64,000 bases of DNA from Acidocella sp. (GTDB lineage: Bacteria > Pseudomonadota > Alphaproteobacteria > Acetobacterales > Acetobacteraceae). Positions 27,500 through 38,260 of this stretch are shown here, one piece after another. The position numbers and the translations under genes are program-made. Within the stretch, counting starts at the first letter, position 1; the number at the start of each line of letters is the position of its first letter. A model generated the notes under the pieces. The model searched no databases. It had not been told where the DNA came from and was given only the letters and a program-made list of their open reading frames with translations. Location: assembly GCA_027308685.1 (NCBI GenBank), contig DAIDEE010000005.1:26-64025 (forward strand), given 5' to 3'.

Positions 27500-29077
27500 T
27501 TACGTTCTGAGCCTGTTCAGATGCGCAACAAGCCCGCGGGTGGAGACATCCTGTGCTGGATCATCAACCCCGGACGCCACCACCGGCAAAAGCTGGGTTG
27601 CCAATTCCTTGCCAAGCTCCACGCCCCATTGGTCAAACGCATTGATGTTCCAAATGGCGGCCTCAACGAATACCCGATGTTCGTAAAGCGCAATGATTTT
27701 ACCGAGCGTGGCGGGGTCTAGTTTGCGGTAGGCCAGCGTGATGGAGGGGCGGTTGCCGGAAAATACGCGGTGCGGGTTCGCGTTGGCCTGCGCAAGATTA
27801 CGCCCCAACATTAAGGCCTGCGCTTGCGCCAAGCAGTTTGCCATCAGCAAATCATGGTGCTGTTGCAAATCTGGTTCATGGCTTTGCGCCGCGATAAGAA
27901 ATTCGCACGGCACAATATTCGTGCCCTGGTGCAATAATTGGTAGAAAGCGTGTTGCCCGTTGGTGCCTGGTTCACCGAACACGAGCGGGCCGGTGGCGTG
28001 CAACACGGCGGCGCCGTTGCGCTGTACGCTCTTGCCGTTGGATTCCATATCAAGCTGTTGCAAGTAAGCTGGCAAGCGTGACAACCGCTGATCATACGGC
28101 AGCACAGCGCGGGCGGCATAGCCACATGCATTACGGTGCCATACGCCGACCAGCGCCATCAGTACCGGTAAATTTTTAGCCAGCGGCGCTTCACGGAAAT
28201 GCGTATCCATATCATACGCGCCGGCTAGAAATTTTTGGAAATTTTTGGCGCCGACCGCGATCATCACAGGCAGGCCGACCGCGCACCACACCGAATAGCG
28301 GCCGCCCACCCAATCCCAGAATCCGAATATTTTATCTGCGGCAATGCCAAAAGCGACGACTTTATCGACAGCCGTCGAGACCGCCGCAAAATGCGCCGCC
28401 ACCGCCGCCTCCCCCAACGCAGCCACCAACCAGCGCCGCGCCGTGTGGGCATTGGTCATGGTCTCGATCGTCACGAAGGTTTTAGATGCGATGATGAATA
28501 AGGTACGGGCCGGGTTCAAACCACGCAGCGTATCAGTGATATGCGCGCCATCGACGTTCGAGACAAAATGCAGACGCGGGCCGTCATGATACGGTGCCAG
28601 CGCACCCGTTACCATCACGGGCCCCAGGTCTGAGCCGCCGATGCCGATATTCACCACATCGGTGAAGGCTTGGCCGTCCGCCGCGGCAATTTTGCCAGTC
28701 CGCACAAAGTCAGCAAATTCATAAAGCCGCAAAAAACTGGCCCGAATTTCAGGCATCACATCCTGGCCATCCAACAGCACGGACGTGCCGGAGATATTAC
28801 GTAACGCGGTATGCAGCACCGCGCGATTTTCGGTGATATTTATTTTTTCGCCAGCGAACATCGCATCACGTCTGGCGGCAACATTTGTGACGGCAGCCAG
28901 CCGCAACAGCGCCTGCAGGCTGACTTCGGATAGCGATGTTTTTGAATAATCGAGCAACAAATCATCGCATGTGGCAGAAAATTTTGCGAAGCGGTCAGCA
29001 TCATGGGCGCATAAATCAGCAATATTAGGCTGCGTATCGGCAAACGCCAGGACATCCGACCAGGCATCTTGGCTCAT
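27500..29077 (-). CDS. pgi: Glucose-6-phosphate isomerase
   Basis: [29 protein letters not shown] and [13 protein letters not shown] 29077 overlaps the eda stop. Confidence 0.95.
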   Translation of the reverse strand: MSQDAWSDVLAFADTQPNIADLCAHDADRFAKFSATCDDLLLDYSKTSLSEVSLQALLRLAAVTNVAARRDAMFAGEKINITENRAVLHTALRNISGTSVLLDGQDVMPEIRASFLRLYEFADFVRTGKIAAADGQAFTDVVNIGIGGSDLGPVMVTGALAPYHDGPRLHFVSNVDGAHITDTLRGLNPARTLFIIASKTFVTIETMTNAHTARRWLVAALGEAAVAAHFAAVSTAVDKVVAFGIAADKIFGFWDWVGGRYSVWCAVGLPVMIAVGAKNFQKFLAGAYDMDTHFREAPLAKNLPVLMALVGVWHRNACGYAARAVLPYDQRLSRLPAYLQQLDMESNGKSVQRNGAAVLHATGPLVFGEPGTNGQHAFYQLLHQGTNIVPCEFLIAAQSHEPDLQQHHDLLMANCLAQAQALMLGRNLAQANANPHRVFSGNRPSITLAYRKLDPATLGKIIALYEHRVFVEAAIWNINAFDQWGVELGKELATQLLPVVASGVDDPAQDVSTRGLVAHLNRLRT

Positions 29078-29730
29078 TTGGTTTGCTCCTGGCGATGAAT
29101 GTTCAATGCAGCCGCCTGAGCCGCCAGCTTTGTGATCCCCGCCCAATCACCAGCCGCCATCGCGGCGCGGCTCACCATCCATGATCCGCCGACACAAATG
29201 ACATTTGGGAGTTTGAGATATTTCGGTGCTGATTCCAGCGTAATTCCGCCGGTGGGGCAGAAAGTGAGCTGCGGCAACGGCGATGCAATGGCAGACAAGA
29301 ACGGCGCACCGCCGGCTGGCTCGGCTGGAAAAAATTTTGCGAACTGATAGCCGCGCTCGATCAACAGCATCGCCTCGGAGGCCGTGGAAATTCCTGGCAA
29401 TGGCGCCAAGCCTGACTGGAACGCCGCGTCGAGAAGTGCTGGTGTGCTGCCGGGCGATACCGCAAACCGGGCCCCGGCTTTCGCAGCTTCGCGATAGTGC
29501 GCGGGCTCCAGCACGGTTCCCACCCCCACCAGCGCCCCGGGCACGTCTGCGGCAATCGCCCGGATCGATTCCAAAGCTGCCGGCGTGCGCAATGTAATTT
29601 CAATGACCGGCAAGCCGCCTGCCAGCAAAGCGCGCGCCAGCGGGATTGCATGCGCCATATCATCGATCATCACCACCGGAATGACTGGTGCGGCGCGCAG
29701 AATGTCGCTCAAGCCTTGTTGCATGTTCAT
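29074..29730 (-). CDS. eda: KDPG/KHG aldolase
   Basis: IEITLRT, VGVGTV, AKFFPA and FCPTGGI. Confidence 0.95.
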   Translation of the reverse strand: MNMQQGLSDILRAAPVIPVVMIDDMAHAIPLARALLAGGLPVIEITLRTPAALESIRAIAADVPGALVGVGTVLEPAHYREAAKAGARFAVSPGSTPALLDAAFQSGLAPLPGISTASEAMLLIERGYQFAKFFPAEPAGGAPFLSAIASPLPQLTFCPTGGITLESAPKYLKLPNVICVGGSWMVSRAAMAAGDWAGITKLAAQAAALNIHRQEQTK

Positions 29731-31553
29731 GCTGTCACCTTATTAAAAATACTCGCACCTGTGTCGGCCGAACTGACTGCGGCGCGGAACGCACTGAATA
29801 ACTCCCGCCCTACACCGGCATGGTTGGCCGACAAATCAGCCACCGCTTGCGGCCGCGCCGCCCATTCCGGCGCATCCACCAGAACGGTCAAATGGCCATT
29901 GATGCCATCGATACGAATGATGTCGCCGTCTTTAATTTTTCCGATCGGCCCACCATCGACAGCTTCGGGTGTGACATGGATCGCGGCTGGCACTTTGCCC
30001 GAGGCGCCGGATAACCGACCGTCCGTCACCAGTGCCACCTTAAAACCTTTATCTTGCAACACGCCGAGTGGTGGGATCAGCTTATGCAGTTCTGGCATGC
30101 CATTAGCCTTCGGCCCCTGGAAACGCACCACCGCGACCATGTCATGGTTCAGCGCGCCGGCTTTGAATGCGGCCTGCACGTCTTCCTGACTGTTAAATAT
30201 TTTTGCCGGGGCTTCAATAATATGCCGATCTGCTGCCACAGCCGACGTTTTGATCACTGCGCGGCCTAAATCGCCATCCAGGACGCGCAACCCGCCCGTT
30301 GGCTGAAACGGATTTTTAACACCACGCAGCACATTTTCATCACCACTCGCTGTCGCCGCCGGAAGCCACTTTACCTGGCCCTGACCATCCAGCATCGGTT
30401 CAGTGGCGTAGGCGGCAAGCCCCTGCCCTGCCACAGTCTGCACATCCTCATGCAGCAGGCCGGCCTCCAGCAATTCACGGATCACAAACCCCATGCCGCC
30501 GGCCGCATGAAAATGATTCACATCCGCAGCGCCATTCGGATAAATCCGGGCAAGCAAAGGCGTTACCGCCGCGAGGTCGGAAATATCATCCCAGGTCAGC
30601 AAAATTCCGCCCGCTGCGGCCATCGCCAGAATATGCAGCGTATGGTTGGTTGACCCCCCTGTGGCGTGCAGCCCCACAATTCCATTTACGAACGCTTTTT
30701 CGTCCAGCATCGCGCCAACCGGCGTGTATTCATTGCCTGCCGCGCTCATCGCCACCGCGCGCTTGGCCGCCGCGGTCGTTAGCGCATCGCGTAGTGGCGT
30801 ATTCGGGTTGATAAAGGCGGCACCAGGCAAGTGCAGGCCCATCATCTCCATCATCATCTGGTTGGTATTGGCGGTGCCGTAAAATGTGCAGGTGCCGGGG
30901 CCATGGTAGGATTTTGCTTCAGCTTCCAGCAAATCCGCCCGGCTGACCTTGCCTTCCGCGTAGAGTTGGCGGATTATTGACTTCTCGTTGTTCGGCAGAC
31001 CCGATGTCATGGGGCCGGCCGGAATAAACACCGCAGGCAGATGCCCGAAAGCCAGCGCACCGATGACCAGCCCTGGTACGATTTTGTCACAAATTCCCAA
31101 AAATACCGCGGCATCAAAGGTCTGGTGCGAAAGGGCGACTGCCGTGGCGAGCGCGATGACATCGCGCGAGAACAGCGATAATTCCATCCCGGCCTCGCCT
31201 TGTGTAATGCCGTCACACATCGCAGGCACGCCGCCCGCCACCAGCGCCACACTGCCCGCTTCACGGGCGGCGGCGCGGATTAGATCGGGGAAGCGTTCAT
31301 AGGGCTGATGGGCGGAGAGCATATCATTATAGGCTGTCACAATCCCTAAGCTGGCGCCGTTGCCAGAGCGTAGCGCCGCTTTATCGCCGGGCGCACAAGC
31401 GGCAAAACCATGCGCCTGGTTCGCGCAACCCAGCGCCTGCCGGTGCGGCGTGGGTTGTGCCGCCGCCGCCATGCGCTCCAGATACGCCAAACGCGCTGCT
31501 TTGCTGCGGGCGATGATGCGCTCAGTGACAGACTGAACTTGTGGGTGAACCAT
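29727..31553 (-). CDS. edd: 6-phosphogluconate dehydratase
   Basis: [26 protein letters not shown] and GMPELHKL. Confidence 0.95.
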   Translation of the reverse strand: MVHPQVQSVTERIIARSKAARLAYLERMAAAAQPTPHRQALGCANQAHGFAACAPGDKAALRSGNGASLGIVTAYNDMLSAHQPYERFPDLIRAAAREAGSVALVAGGVPAMCDGITQGEAGMELSLFSRDVIALATAVALSHQTFDAAVFLGICDKIVPGLVIGALAFGHLPAVFIPAGPMTSGLPNNEKSIIRQLYAEGKVSRADLLEAEAKSYHGPGTCTFYGTANTNQMMMEMMGLHLPGAAFINPNTPLRDALTTAAAKRAVAMSAAGNEYTPVGAMLDEKAFVNGIVGLHATGGSTNHTLHILAMAAAGGILLTWDDISDLAAVTPLLARIYPNGAADVNHFHAAGGMGFVIRELLEAGLLHEDVQTVAGQGLAAYATEPMLDGQGQVKWLPAATASGDENVLRGVKNPFQPTGGLRVLDGDLGRAVIKTSAVAADRHIIEAPAKIFNSQEDVQAAFKAGALNHDMVAVVRFQGPKANGMPELHKLIPPLGVLQDKGFKVALVTDGRLSGASGKVPAAIHVTPEAVDGGPIGKIKDGDIIRIDGINGHLTVLVDAPEWAARPQAVADLSANHAGVGRELFSAFRAAVSSADTGASIFNKVTA

Positions 31554-31555
31554 AT

Positions 31556-32224
31556 TTATGGACTCCAAAAAACATCAGGGGCTGGCTGACGCACCAGCAC
31601 CGCCGCGACAGGCATGAGAGGAGACAGAGTTTCCAGCACGCGCCGCTTGGCCTCACCTTCAATATGGAGTGCCAGATAGCCCGCCGCCAGCAATACCGGC
31701 AATGTCAGCGTGATGCGTGGCTCGACCGCCGCTTCGGTGCGCATGGTTTCCACCATAGCGCCATCGGCTGGCGCGAGTGCCGCGCTAAGCCGGTCACCGC
31801 CTGGAAAGAACGAGGCGGTATGGCCGTCGATGCCCATGCCAAGCACCGCTGCCGCCAATGGCAACGCCAGCCCGGCGATGGCAAGATGAGCGGCGTTGCG
31901 GCCATCCTCAGGCGTTGCGGCGGCATTCACCAGCGGTAAAAAACGCGCGGCGGCGGCTTTATTTTGCAAAAGAAATTGCCGCACCAAACCCTCATTGGAA
32001 CGCGGTGAGCTTGCCGGTACCCAGCGATCATCCACCAAGGTCACTGTTACCGCCGCCCAGTTCACATCGCGCGTGGCGAGTTTTGTGAAAAATCGTAGCG
32101 GCGTGGTGCCGCCGGAGACCGCCAAGGCGGCGGCACCGTCACGGCTGATGCGTGCCTGCAACGCCGCCGCCACGGTGTCAGCCAGAGACTCTGCCAGCGC
32201 ATCCGAGGACGCAAAAATCTTCAC
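31556..32224 (-). CDS. pgl: 6-phosphogluconolactonase
   Basis: [15 protein letters not shown] and [14 protein letters not shown]. Confidence 0.92.
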   Translation of the reverse strand: MKIFASSDALAESLADTVAAALQARISRDGAAALAVSGGTTPLRFFTKLATRDVNWAAVTVTLVDDRWVPASSPRSNEGLVRQFLLQNKAAAARFLPLVNAAATPEDGRNAAHLAIAGLALPLAAAVLGMGIDGHTASFFPGGDRLSAALAPADGAMVETMRTEAAVEPRITLTLPVLLAAGYLALHIEGEAKRRVLETLSPLMPVAAVLVRQPAPDVFWSP

Positions 32225-33702
32225 GAGCCGCCATCAAGCCAGGTGCGCCCATCACGCTCGATCAACGCAATGGCAGCCGAGGGCCCCCATGTGCCGGCCG
32301 TGTAAGGCTTCGGCGATTCGGCGGAGTCCGACCAGGCTTTCAAAATCGGGTCGATCCACACCCAGGCGGCCTCGACCTCGTCACGCCGCATGAATAGCGT
32401 CTGGTCACCGCGCACCACATCCAACACCAGACGCTCATAGGCATCGGGGTTGCGCACTTGAAAGGTTGTGGCGAAACTCATATCCAGCGGCACCTGCCGC
32501 AAGCGCATGCCGCCCGGGCCAGGGTCTTTGGTCATCAACCATAATTTCACGCCCTCATCGGGTTGCAGGCGGATGACCAGACGGTTGGCCACAATGGTGC
32601 CCGCCGATTCATCGAATACCGAGTGCGGGATAGGCCGGAACGCGATCACAATCTCCGAGACACGCTCTGCCAGACGCTTGCCCGTGCGCAGATAAAACGG
32701 CACCCCCGCCCAGCGCCAATTCTCGATTTCGGCTTTCAGCGCCACAAAAGTTTCGGTGGTGCTGGTGTTGGCGCCCAACTCCTCGAGATAACCCGGCACG
32801 GCGCCACCCGCCGATGCCCCCGGCCGGTATTGGCCGCGCACCACGATATGGGTGGAAAGCGCATCAATCACCGGCTTGAGGGCCCGCAGCACTTTCAGCT
32901 TTTCGTCACGCACCGCATCGGCATTCAGTTGCGCCGGCGGTTCCATCGCCACCAGGCACAGCAATTGCAAAATATGGTTCTGCACCATGTCGCGCAGCGC
33001 GCCGGCGGTGTCGTAATATCCGGCCCGGCCTTCCACGCCCAAACTCTCAGCCACCGTTATCTGCACATGGTCGATATGGGCAGCATTCCAGAGTGGTTCA
33101 AACAGCCCGTTGGCAAAGCGTAGCGCCATCAAATTCTGCACGGCTTCTTTACCGAGATAATGGTCGATACGGTAAACCCGGTCTTCCGGGAATATTTTTC
33201 CAACATCCTCATTTACAAGCCGGGCCGAGGCGAGGTCTTTGCCGATGGGTTTTTCAACCACCACGCGGGCCTGGCTATGGGCCAGACCAAACCGTCCCAA
33301 ACGCTCACAAATGGGGCCAAACAGAGCCGGCCCGGTGGCGAGGTAAAACACATGCACGCGGTTGGGGATGGCCTGCAAAGCGGCGGCCAGCGCCTCCCAT
33401 CCGGCATCGCTATCGGCATCAGCGGCCACGTAGCGCAGGCGGGCAATGAAATGCGCCACCTCTGCGTCGGTGCGCTCGGCAGAGGGCACATGGTCCAGCA
33501 CCGACTGCCGAGCCATTTCGATATAGGCGGCTTCGGTCAACGGGCCGCGCGAGACCCCCATAATGGTGGCGTCTTTCGGCAATTGCCCCGCCACGTCACG
33601 TTGAAACATTGCGGGGATCAGCTTGCGGCGGGCGAGATCTCCGGTTGCACCGAATACCACCAGCACAAAAGGCACCACAGGGATCACACGGCTCGTCATC
33701 AT
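32221..33702 (-). CDS. zwf: Glucose-6-phosphate 1-dehydrogenase
   Basis: FGATGDLA, RIDHYLGKE and WAGVPFYLRTGK. ATG 33702 overlaps the pfkB stop. Confidence 0.96.
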   Translation of the reverse strand: MMTSRVIPVVPFVLVVFGATGDLARRKLIPAMFQRDVAGQLPKDATIMGVSRGPLTEAAYIEMARQSVLDHVPSAERTDAEVAHFIARLRYVAADADSDAGWEALAAALQAIPNRVHVFYLATGPALFGPICERLGRFGLAHSQARVVVEKPIGKDLASARLVNEDVGKIFPEDRVYRIDHYLGKEAVQNLMALRFANGLFEPLWNAAHIDHVQITVAESLGVEGRAGYYDTAGALRDMVQNHILQLLCLVAMEPPAQLNADAVRDEKLKVLRALKPVIDALSTHIVVRGQYRPGASAGGAVPGYLEELGANTSTTETFVALKAEIENWRWAGVPFYLRTGKRLAERVSEIVIAFRPIPHSVFDESAGTIVANRLVIRLQPDEGVKLWLMTKDPGPGGMRLRQVPLDMSFATTFQVRNPDAYERLVLDVVRGDQTLFMRRDEVEAAWVWIDPILKAWSDSAESPKPYTAGTWGPSAAIALIERDGRTWLDGGS

Positions 33703-34640
33703 CGCTCCAATGCTTTCAAAATCTCTTCGGCTCGTGGCAGGTCTGCTCCCTGGCGGGTGCAGGCTAACCCACCTGCCATGCAAGCGAACCGCAGGATAGA
33801 CTCCAAATCAGGCCCGGATAGGGCTTTTAACTGCAATGCTCCCGTGCAGCCCCTTACATAAAGCTGGTGTAGCAAGGCTGCCTGAAATGCATCGCCCGCG
33901 CCAACGGTATCGATAACGGTCACGACCGGGGCCAGCGTTTCCACGGTCATGGTTGCCGTGACCGCGACAGCGCCATCGCCGCCCTTTGTTATCACCACCA
34001 GAGCTGGCCTCTCAACCAGCCAGGCGCGGGCAATGGTGAGCATATCAACCCCCGGATAGAGGCGCTCTAGATCCTCAACACTAACTTTTACAACATCTGC
34101 ACATCGCACCCACGCGATAACCCGGTCACGCCAAAGCGTCACGTCCGGCTCAACATTCAGCCGCACATTGGGGTCAATACTGATCAGCCGCCGACCAGCC
34201 TCCCGCTGCGCGAGCGCAAAGTAACAACTTGCCGCCGGTTCGCAGACCAGCGCGTAGGAGCCGAAATGCAGCCCGGCCACATCATCGGCCAACACCGGCA
34301 AATCCTCTGGCGTTAGCGCCCGGTCTGCCGCGCCATCGCCGTAAAACGCATATGAGGGCACACCGGCGTCTCCCAGCATCACCAGGCTGAGCGTTGTAGG
34401 GGCAGCTTTACGGACGATATAGGATGTTGACACGTTTTCCAGGGTCAACGCCGCCGCGATCTGCTGACCGAGGCGGTCGTATGAAATGCCTGAAAAAAAC
34501 CCAACCGATGTGCCAAGCCGTGCGATACCCACCGCTACATTGTAGGGCGACCCACCATGGCGCGCCTTGAACATGTCAATATATTCGGGTGTTCCGGTCA
34601 TGAAAAGGTCGAACAGCGCCTCACCGCACACCAGAAACAT
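33699..34640 (-). CDS. PfkB family carbohydrate kinase, probable fructokinase
   Basis: GEALFD, GGSPYNVA, DPNVR and DTVGAGDAF, typical of ScrK/FrcK-type fructokinases. Confidence 0.85.
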   Translation of the reverse strand: MFLVCGEALFDLFMTGTPEYIDMFKARHGGSPYNVAVGIARLGTSVGFFSGISYDRLGQQIAAALTLENVSTSYIVRKAAPTTLSLVMLGDAGVPSYAFYGDGAADRALTPEDLPVLADDVAGLHFGSYALVCEPAASCYFALAQREAGRRLISIDPNVRLNVEPDVTLWRDRVIAWVRCADVVKVSVEDLERLYPGVDMLTIARAWLVERPALVVITKGGDGAVAVTATMTVETLAPVVTVIDTVGAGDAFQAALLHQLYVRGCTGALQLKALSGPDLESILRFACMAGGLACTRQGADLPRAEEILKALER

Positions 34641-35821
34641 CAGCGAGTGACCAAATATGCTTGGTTGCCATTTAAGGCGATTTTGAAAAATGGCGCCGGC
34701 ACGCCCCCAAACTGGCGGCGCACCAAGTCTGGATGTTCAGCTAATGTGCGCCCGGCCATGCCCCAATAATCAACAAAGCTGGTGACGCTTAAATCTCCCA
34801 ACACACACCAGCTATAGGCTTGCAGAGGCTCGGCTGCCGGGTTGGCCACGACCAGCCCGCTACCATTGAGGGGGGTGTAGTCGCCAAACAGGCTTGGTGC
34901 CGACATTCCATACATGCCTGTTGGGCCAGCTTCCAACCCTTCAGCAAATACATGCGACTGGGTGGACCAGACGACATAATAAATGCCCTTGGCATATACG
35001 AGTTGCGGACGTTCAAGCTCGTTATTGATCCCGTCGGCGCTGAGGAGTGGCGGCAGCAGTTCCCAATGCGCCAGAGTATCATCGCTCGCCCGCGCGATAC
35101 CCACCGCGCCATTGGCTTCATGCGGCGAGTTTTTCAATGAGGCCGCAAACACGACATAATTTTTGCCATCTGCGGGGTCGCGGAAATATGCAGGGTCACG
35201 AAAGGCCTTTAATTTACCGGGCAGACCTTCAGCATGATTGACCAGCATATAGATGTTATCATCGCTGACAAACATTTCCCGCGGCGTTACCCAGTTACGG
35301 ATGACAGGCAGGGGCGCGCCTAAATCAAGGGTTCCGGTTGTTTGAAAAAGCCTTTGTTCAACGGTGAGTTTTTCTTCGCCACGGCGGCCGGCCGCGGTAA
35401 AAAATAATGTTATGTCACGGGTCAAAAAATCGTAAATCGCCGAACCTGACCAATCGCGGCTGCCAGGCGCAAAACCGTCAGGCATGGCATCGCCACAATC
35501 GAACCACTTGCGATCGCGCTGTAACAATAGCCGAATACGGGCAAAACCATGCCGCATGATCGGGTCTGGTTGGATCGGTGCGGCCAAAGCAAACCATAAT
35601 ACACCGCCCGCGATCGCGGCGGTTGAACCATCACGTAAATTCAGCGGCCACATATCCCATATATCCAGCCCGGGTAGTCCTGGCTGCAAATCGGCCGGCC
35701 CGATGACGGGAATACGCGGCACGTCGGTTACATGGATTTTTGCAACATGTTCGGCGGTCCAGACAGCGCGCGTGCCTGCTGGTACCGTTTGCGGCATAGT
35801 TTGCTTCAACATATATCTCAC
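34640..35821 (-). CDS. Glycoside hydrolase family 68 (beta-fructofuranosidase/levansucrase-like); start between 35821 and 35797
   Basis: IWDMWP (nucleophile), WSGSA, FRDP and NELERP (acid/base). No signal peptide. Confidence 0.87.
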   Translation of the reverse strand: MRYMLKQTMPQTVPAGTRAVWTAEHVAKIHVTDVPRIPVIGPADLQPGLPGLDIWDMWPLNLRDGSTAAIAGGVLWFALAAPIQPDPIMRHGFARIRLLLQRDRKWFDCGDAMPDGFAPGSRDWSGSAIYDFLTRDITLFFTAAGRRGEEKLTVEQRLFQTTGTLDLGAPLPVIRNWVTPREMFVSDDNIYMLVNHAEGLPGKLKAFRDPAYFRDPADGKNYVVFAASLKNSPHEANGAVGIARASDDTLAHWELLPPLLSADGINNELERPQLVYAKGIYYVVWSTQSHVFAEGLEAGPTGMYGMSAPSLFGDYTPLNGSGLVVANPAAEPLQAYSWCVLGDLSVTSFVDYWGMAGRTLAEHPDLVRRQFGGVPAPFFKIALNGNQAYLVTR

Positions 35822-35837
35822 TTATTCTAAAATCGTT

Positions 35838-37163
35838 TCAACCTGCCACAGCAAGACCGCGCGGCACGGCACGGATACGCAGGGTGGCAAACGCCCCGGC
35901 AAACATTAAAATCCCGCCTAGCATCAGCACATTGCGCGGGTCACTCGCCAGCACATGGCCGTAGAGCAGTGGCATGGTGACCCCGAATAACAGCATGGGG
36001 AGCACAATAAACATATTGAAAATACCCATATAAACACCGGTGCGGGCCGCCGGGATGGAGTTGGCCAGCATCACATACGGGTTACCCATAATACTGCCCC
36101 AGCCGAGACCTATGCCAATGACTGCGGGAAACAAAAAAAGTTTTTGATGCACAAGCGGAATTATCAGCATTGCAACACCAGATGCGGCGAGGCTGACGGC
36201 ATGCACATTGCGGGCGCCATAACGCCGGCTGATCGGCACCATGGCAAATGCGGCGATGAACGCAACGAAATTGTAAAATGCCCCGATCTGACCATTGGTT
36301 AACACGGCTTCACGGAAGCCGGCACTATCGGCTGTTGCCGTGGCATAGACCGATCGGCCAATGGAATAGGCCACGTAACTCCAATAACACATCATGGCAT
36401 ACCATTGACACAGGCTCATCAGCGCCATGCGGCGCATGGTGTCAGGCATTTCCACCACAGCGTCTCGAATGTCACGCAGCATGGTGGTGAAGCCGATTTT
36501 TTTGTGCCGCATTTCAGCAATTTCATCGCTGGAGAGCGGCAATTCAGGGACCGCCAGCACCGACCATAGAATGGTACCGATCGATAAAAATGCCCCGATG
36601 ATAAACGCGATATGGGTGACGAACGGTATGCCGTTGGACGCCAACGCGTCACGGCTGACCCCCAGCATCACAAAAATCGTCGGGGTGACGTAAGCCAGGG
36701 TCTGCGCCAGACCTGTGAAAGAACTTTGCGTTAAAAAACCTAACTCGCGCTGCGCGGGCGCTAATCTGTCGCTCACATAAGCGCGGTAAGGTTCCATCGT
36801 GACGTTGTTGGCGGCATCCAAAGCCCATAGCAGCAGCACCGCCGCCCCTATCGATCCGCTGTAAGGCATCGCAAACAAGCTGAGGCTGCAAATAATTGCA
36901 CCGGCAATGAAATACGGCACCCGCCGTCCCCAGCGGGTTGTGGTCCGGTCGCTCAGGGCGCCAATTATCGGCTGCACCAGTAAGCCGGTGATGGGACCGG
37001 CCAGTTGCAGCAGCGGCAACGATGCTTCGCTGGCGCCTAGATAGCTGTAGATCGGCCCCATATTACCTTGCTGCAAGCCAAAACTGAATTGCAGGCCCAG
37101 GAAGCCGATATTCATCAGAATAATTTTCCGCATGGTGAGATGCGGTTTAAGCGGCGTTCCCAT
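35838..37163 (-). CDS. MFS/GPH sugar:H+ symporter (SuxC/MalT-like)
   Basis: [29 protein letters not shown]...GRRVPY and [10 protein letters not shown]. Confidence 0.87.
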   Translation of the reverse strand: MGTPLKPHLTMRKIILMNIGFLGLQFSFGLQQGNMGPIYSYLGASEASLPLLQLAGPITGLLVQPIIGALSDRTTTRWGRRVPYFIAGAIICSLSLFAMPYSGSIGAAVLLLWALDAANNVTMEPYRAYVSDRLAPAQRELGFLTQSSFTGLAQTLAYVTPTIFVMLGVSRDALASNGIPFVTHIAFIIGAFLSIGTILWSVLAVPELPLSSDEIAEMRHKKIGFTTMLRDIRDAVVEMPDTMRRMALMSLCQWYAMMCYWSYVAYSIGRSVYATATADSAGFREAVLTNGQIGAFYNFVAFIAAFAMVPISRRYGARNVHAVSLAASGVAMLIIPLVHQKLFLFPAVIGIGLGWGSIMGNPYVMLANSIPAARTGVYMGIFNMFIVLPMLLFGVTMPLLYGHVLASDPRNVLMLGGILMFAGAFATLRIRAVPRGLAVAG

Positions 37164-37229
37164 TTAGATCCTGCGCGACTGTTTTTGTTCTGCGGTATCG
37201 GGTACTTTATGGCATATTGATTCAGGTGT

Positions 37230-37243
37230 TGCAATCGATTGCA
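37230..37243. promoter_or_regulatory. LacI-family operator 1
   Basis: Perfect 14-bp palindrome TGCAATCGATTGCA in the divergent MFS/glk intergenic region. Confidence 0.78.
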
Positions 37244-37276
37244 TTAGTGTCCAGAAAAAGAAAACGGAGGGCGATC

Positions 37277-38260
37277 ATGATTAACAAAGCGCAGGAAATC
37301 GTTGCTGTCGATATAGGCGGCACCCATGCTCGTTTTGCGATCGCGGCCATTGCCGGGGGCAGAGTTCTCCGCCTTTCAGCGCCTGTCACATTACTGACCA
37401 GCGACTATGCGAGCTTCACCAGCAGCTGGGACGCATTTGGCCGCAGCCTGGACCAGCCGTTGCCGCGGGCAGCCAGCATCGCCGTTGCCAGCCCGATTGT
37501 GGGCGATGTGTTGAAACTAACCAACAACCCCTGGGTGATCCGCCCCGCCAGTTTGCAACAGGAATTGCACCTGGACGCATTGATGCTGCTGAATGATTTT
37601 GGTGCCATGGGGCATGCGGTCAGCCATATGACAGCCGCGGATTTGCACCATCTGACCGGGCCAGACATTGCGCTGCCGGAAACGGGCATTATCACCGTGA
37701 TTGGCCCGGGGACCGGCTTTGGTGTCGCGCATGTGTTGCGCCAGGGTGGAACAGCACATGTCATCGCCTGCGAGGGCGGGCATATTGATTTCGCGCCGTT
37801 GGATCGTTTGGAAGACGCCATTCTGGTGCATCTGCGCAAACGCTATCGACGTGTTTCAGTGGAACGGCTGGTCTCGGGGCCTGGCCTTGCGAATATTTAC
37901 GAAGCCCTGGCGGCCATTGAAGGCCAGGCCGTGCAAACCGGCGATGATAAATCGCTCTGGACCCGTGCGATAGCGGGAACAGATCGGTTGGCGCGCGCTG
38001 CTCTGGACCGGTTTTGCCTGAGCCTGGGGGCGGTTGCGGGTGACCTGGCGCTGGCGCACGGCGCATCCGCGGTGGTGATTACCGGCGGGATCGGCCCGCG
38101 CATTGCAGAGCTACTGCCACATTCCGGCTTTGCTGACCGCTTTGTCGCCAAAGGCCGTTTTGAACGGATGATGGCTGACATACCGGTAAAACTAATCACC
38201 CACCCCCAACCGGGGCTGCTGGGTGTGGCAGCCGCGTTTGCCGCCGCCCACCCGGGCTAA
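37277..38260 (+). CDS. glk: Glucokinase
   Basis: VDIGGTHARFA, LNDF, GPGTGFG, EGGH and ERLVSGPGL. ATG 37277 follows a GGAGG RBS. Confidence 0.92.
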   Translation: MINKAQEIVAVDIGGTHARFAIAAIAGGRVLRLSAPVTLLTSDYASFTSSWDAFGRSLDQPLPRAASIAVASPIVGDVLKLTNNPWVIRPASLQQELHLDALMLLNDFGAMGHAVSHMTAADLHHLTGPDIALPETGIITVIGPGTGFGVAHVLRQGGTAHVIACEGGHIDFAPLDRLEDAILVHLRKRYRRVSVERLVSGPGLANIYEALAAIEGQAVQTGDDKSLWTRAIAGTDRLARAALDRFCLSLGAVAGDLALAHGASAVVITGGIGPRIAELLPHSGFADRFVAKGRFERMMADIPVKLITHPQPGLLGVAAAFAAAHPG

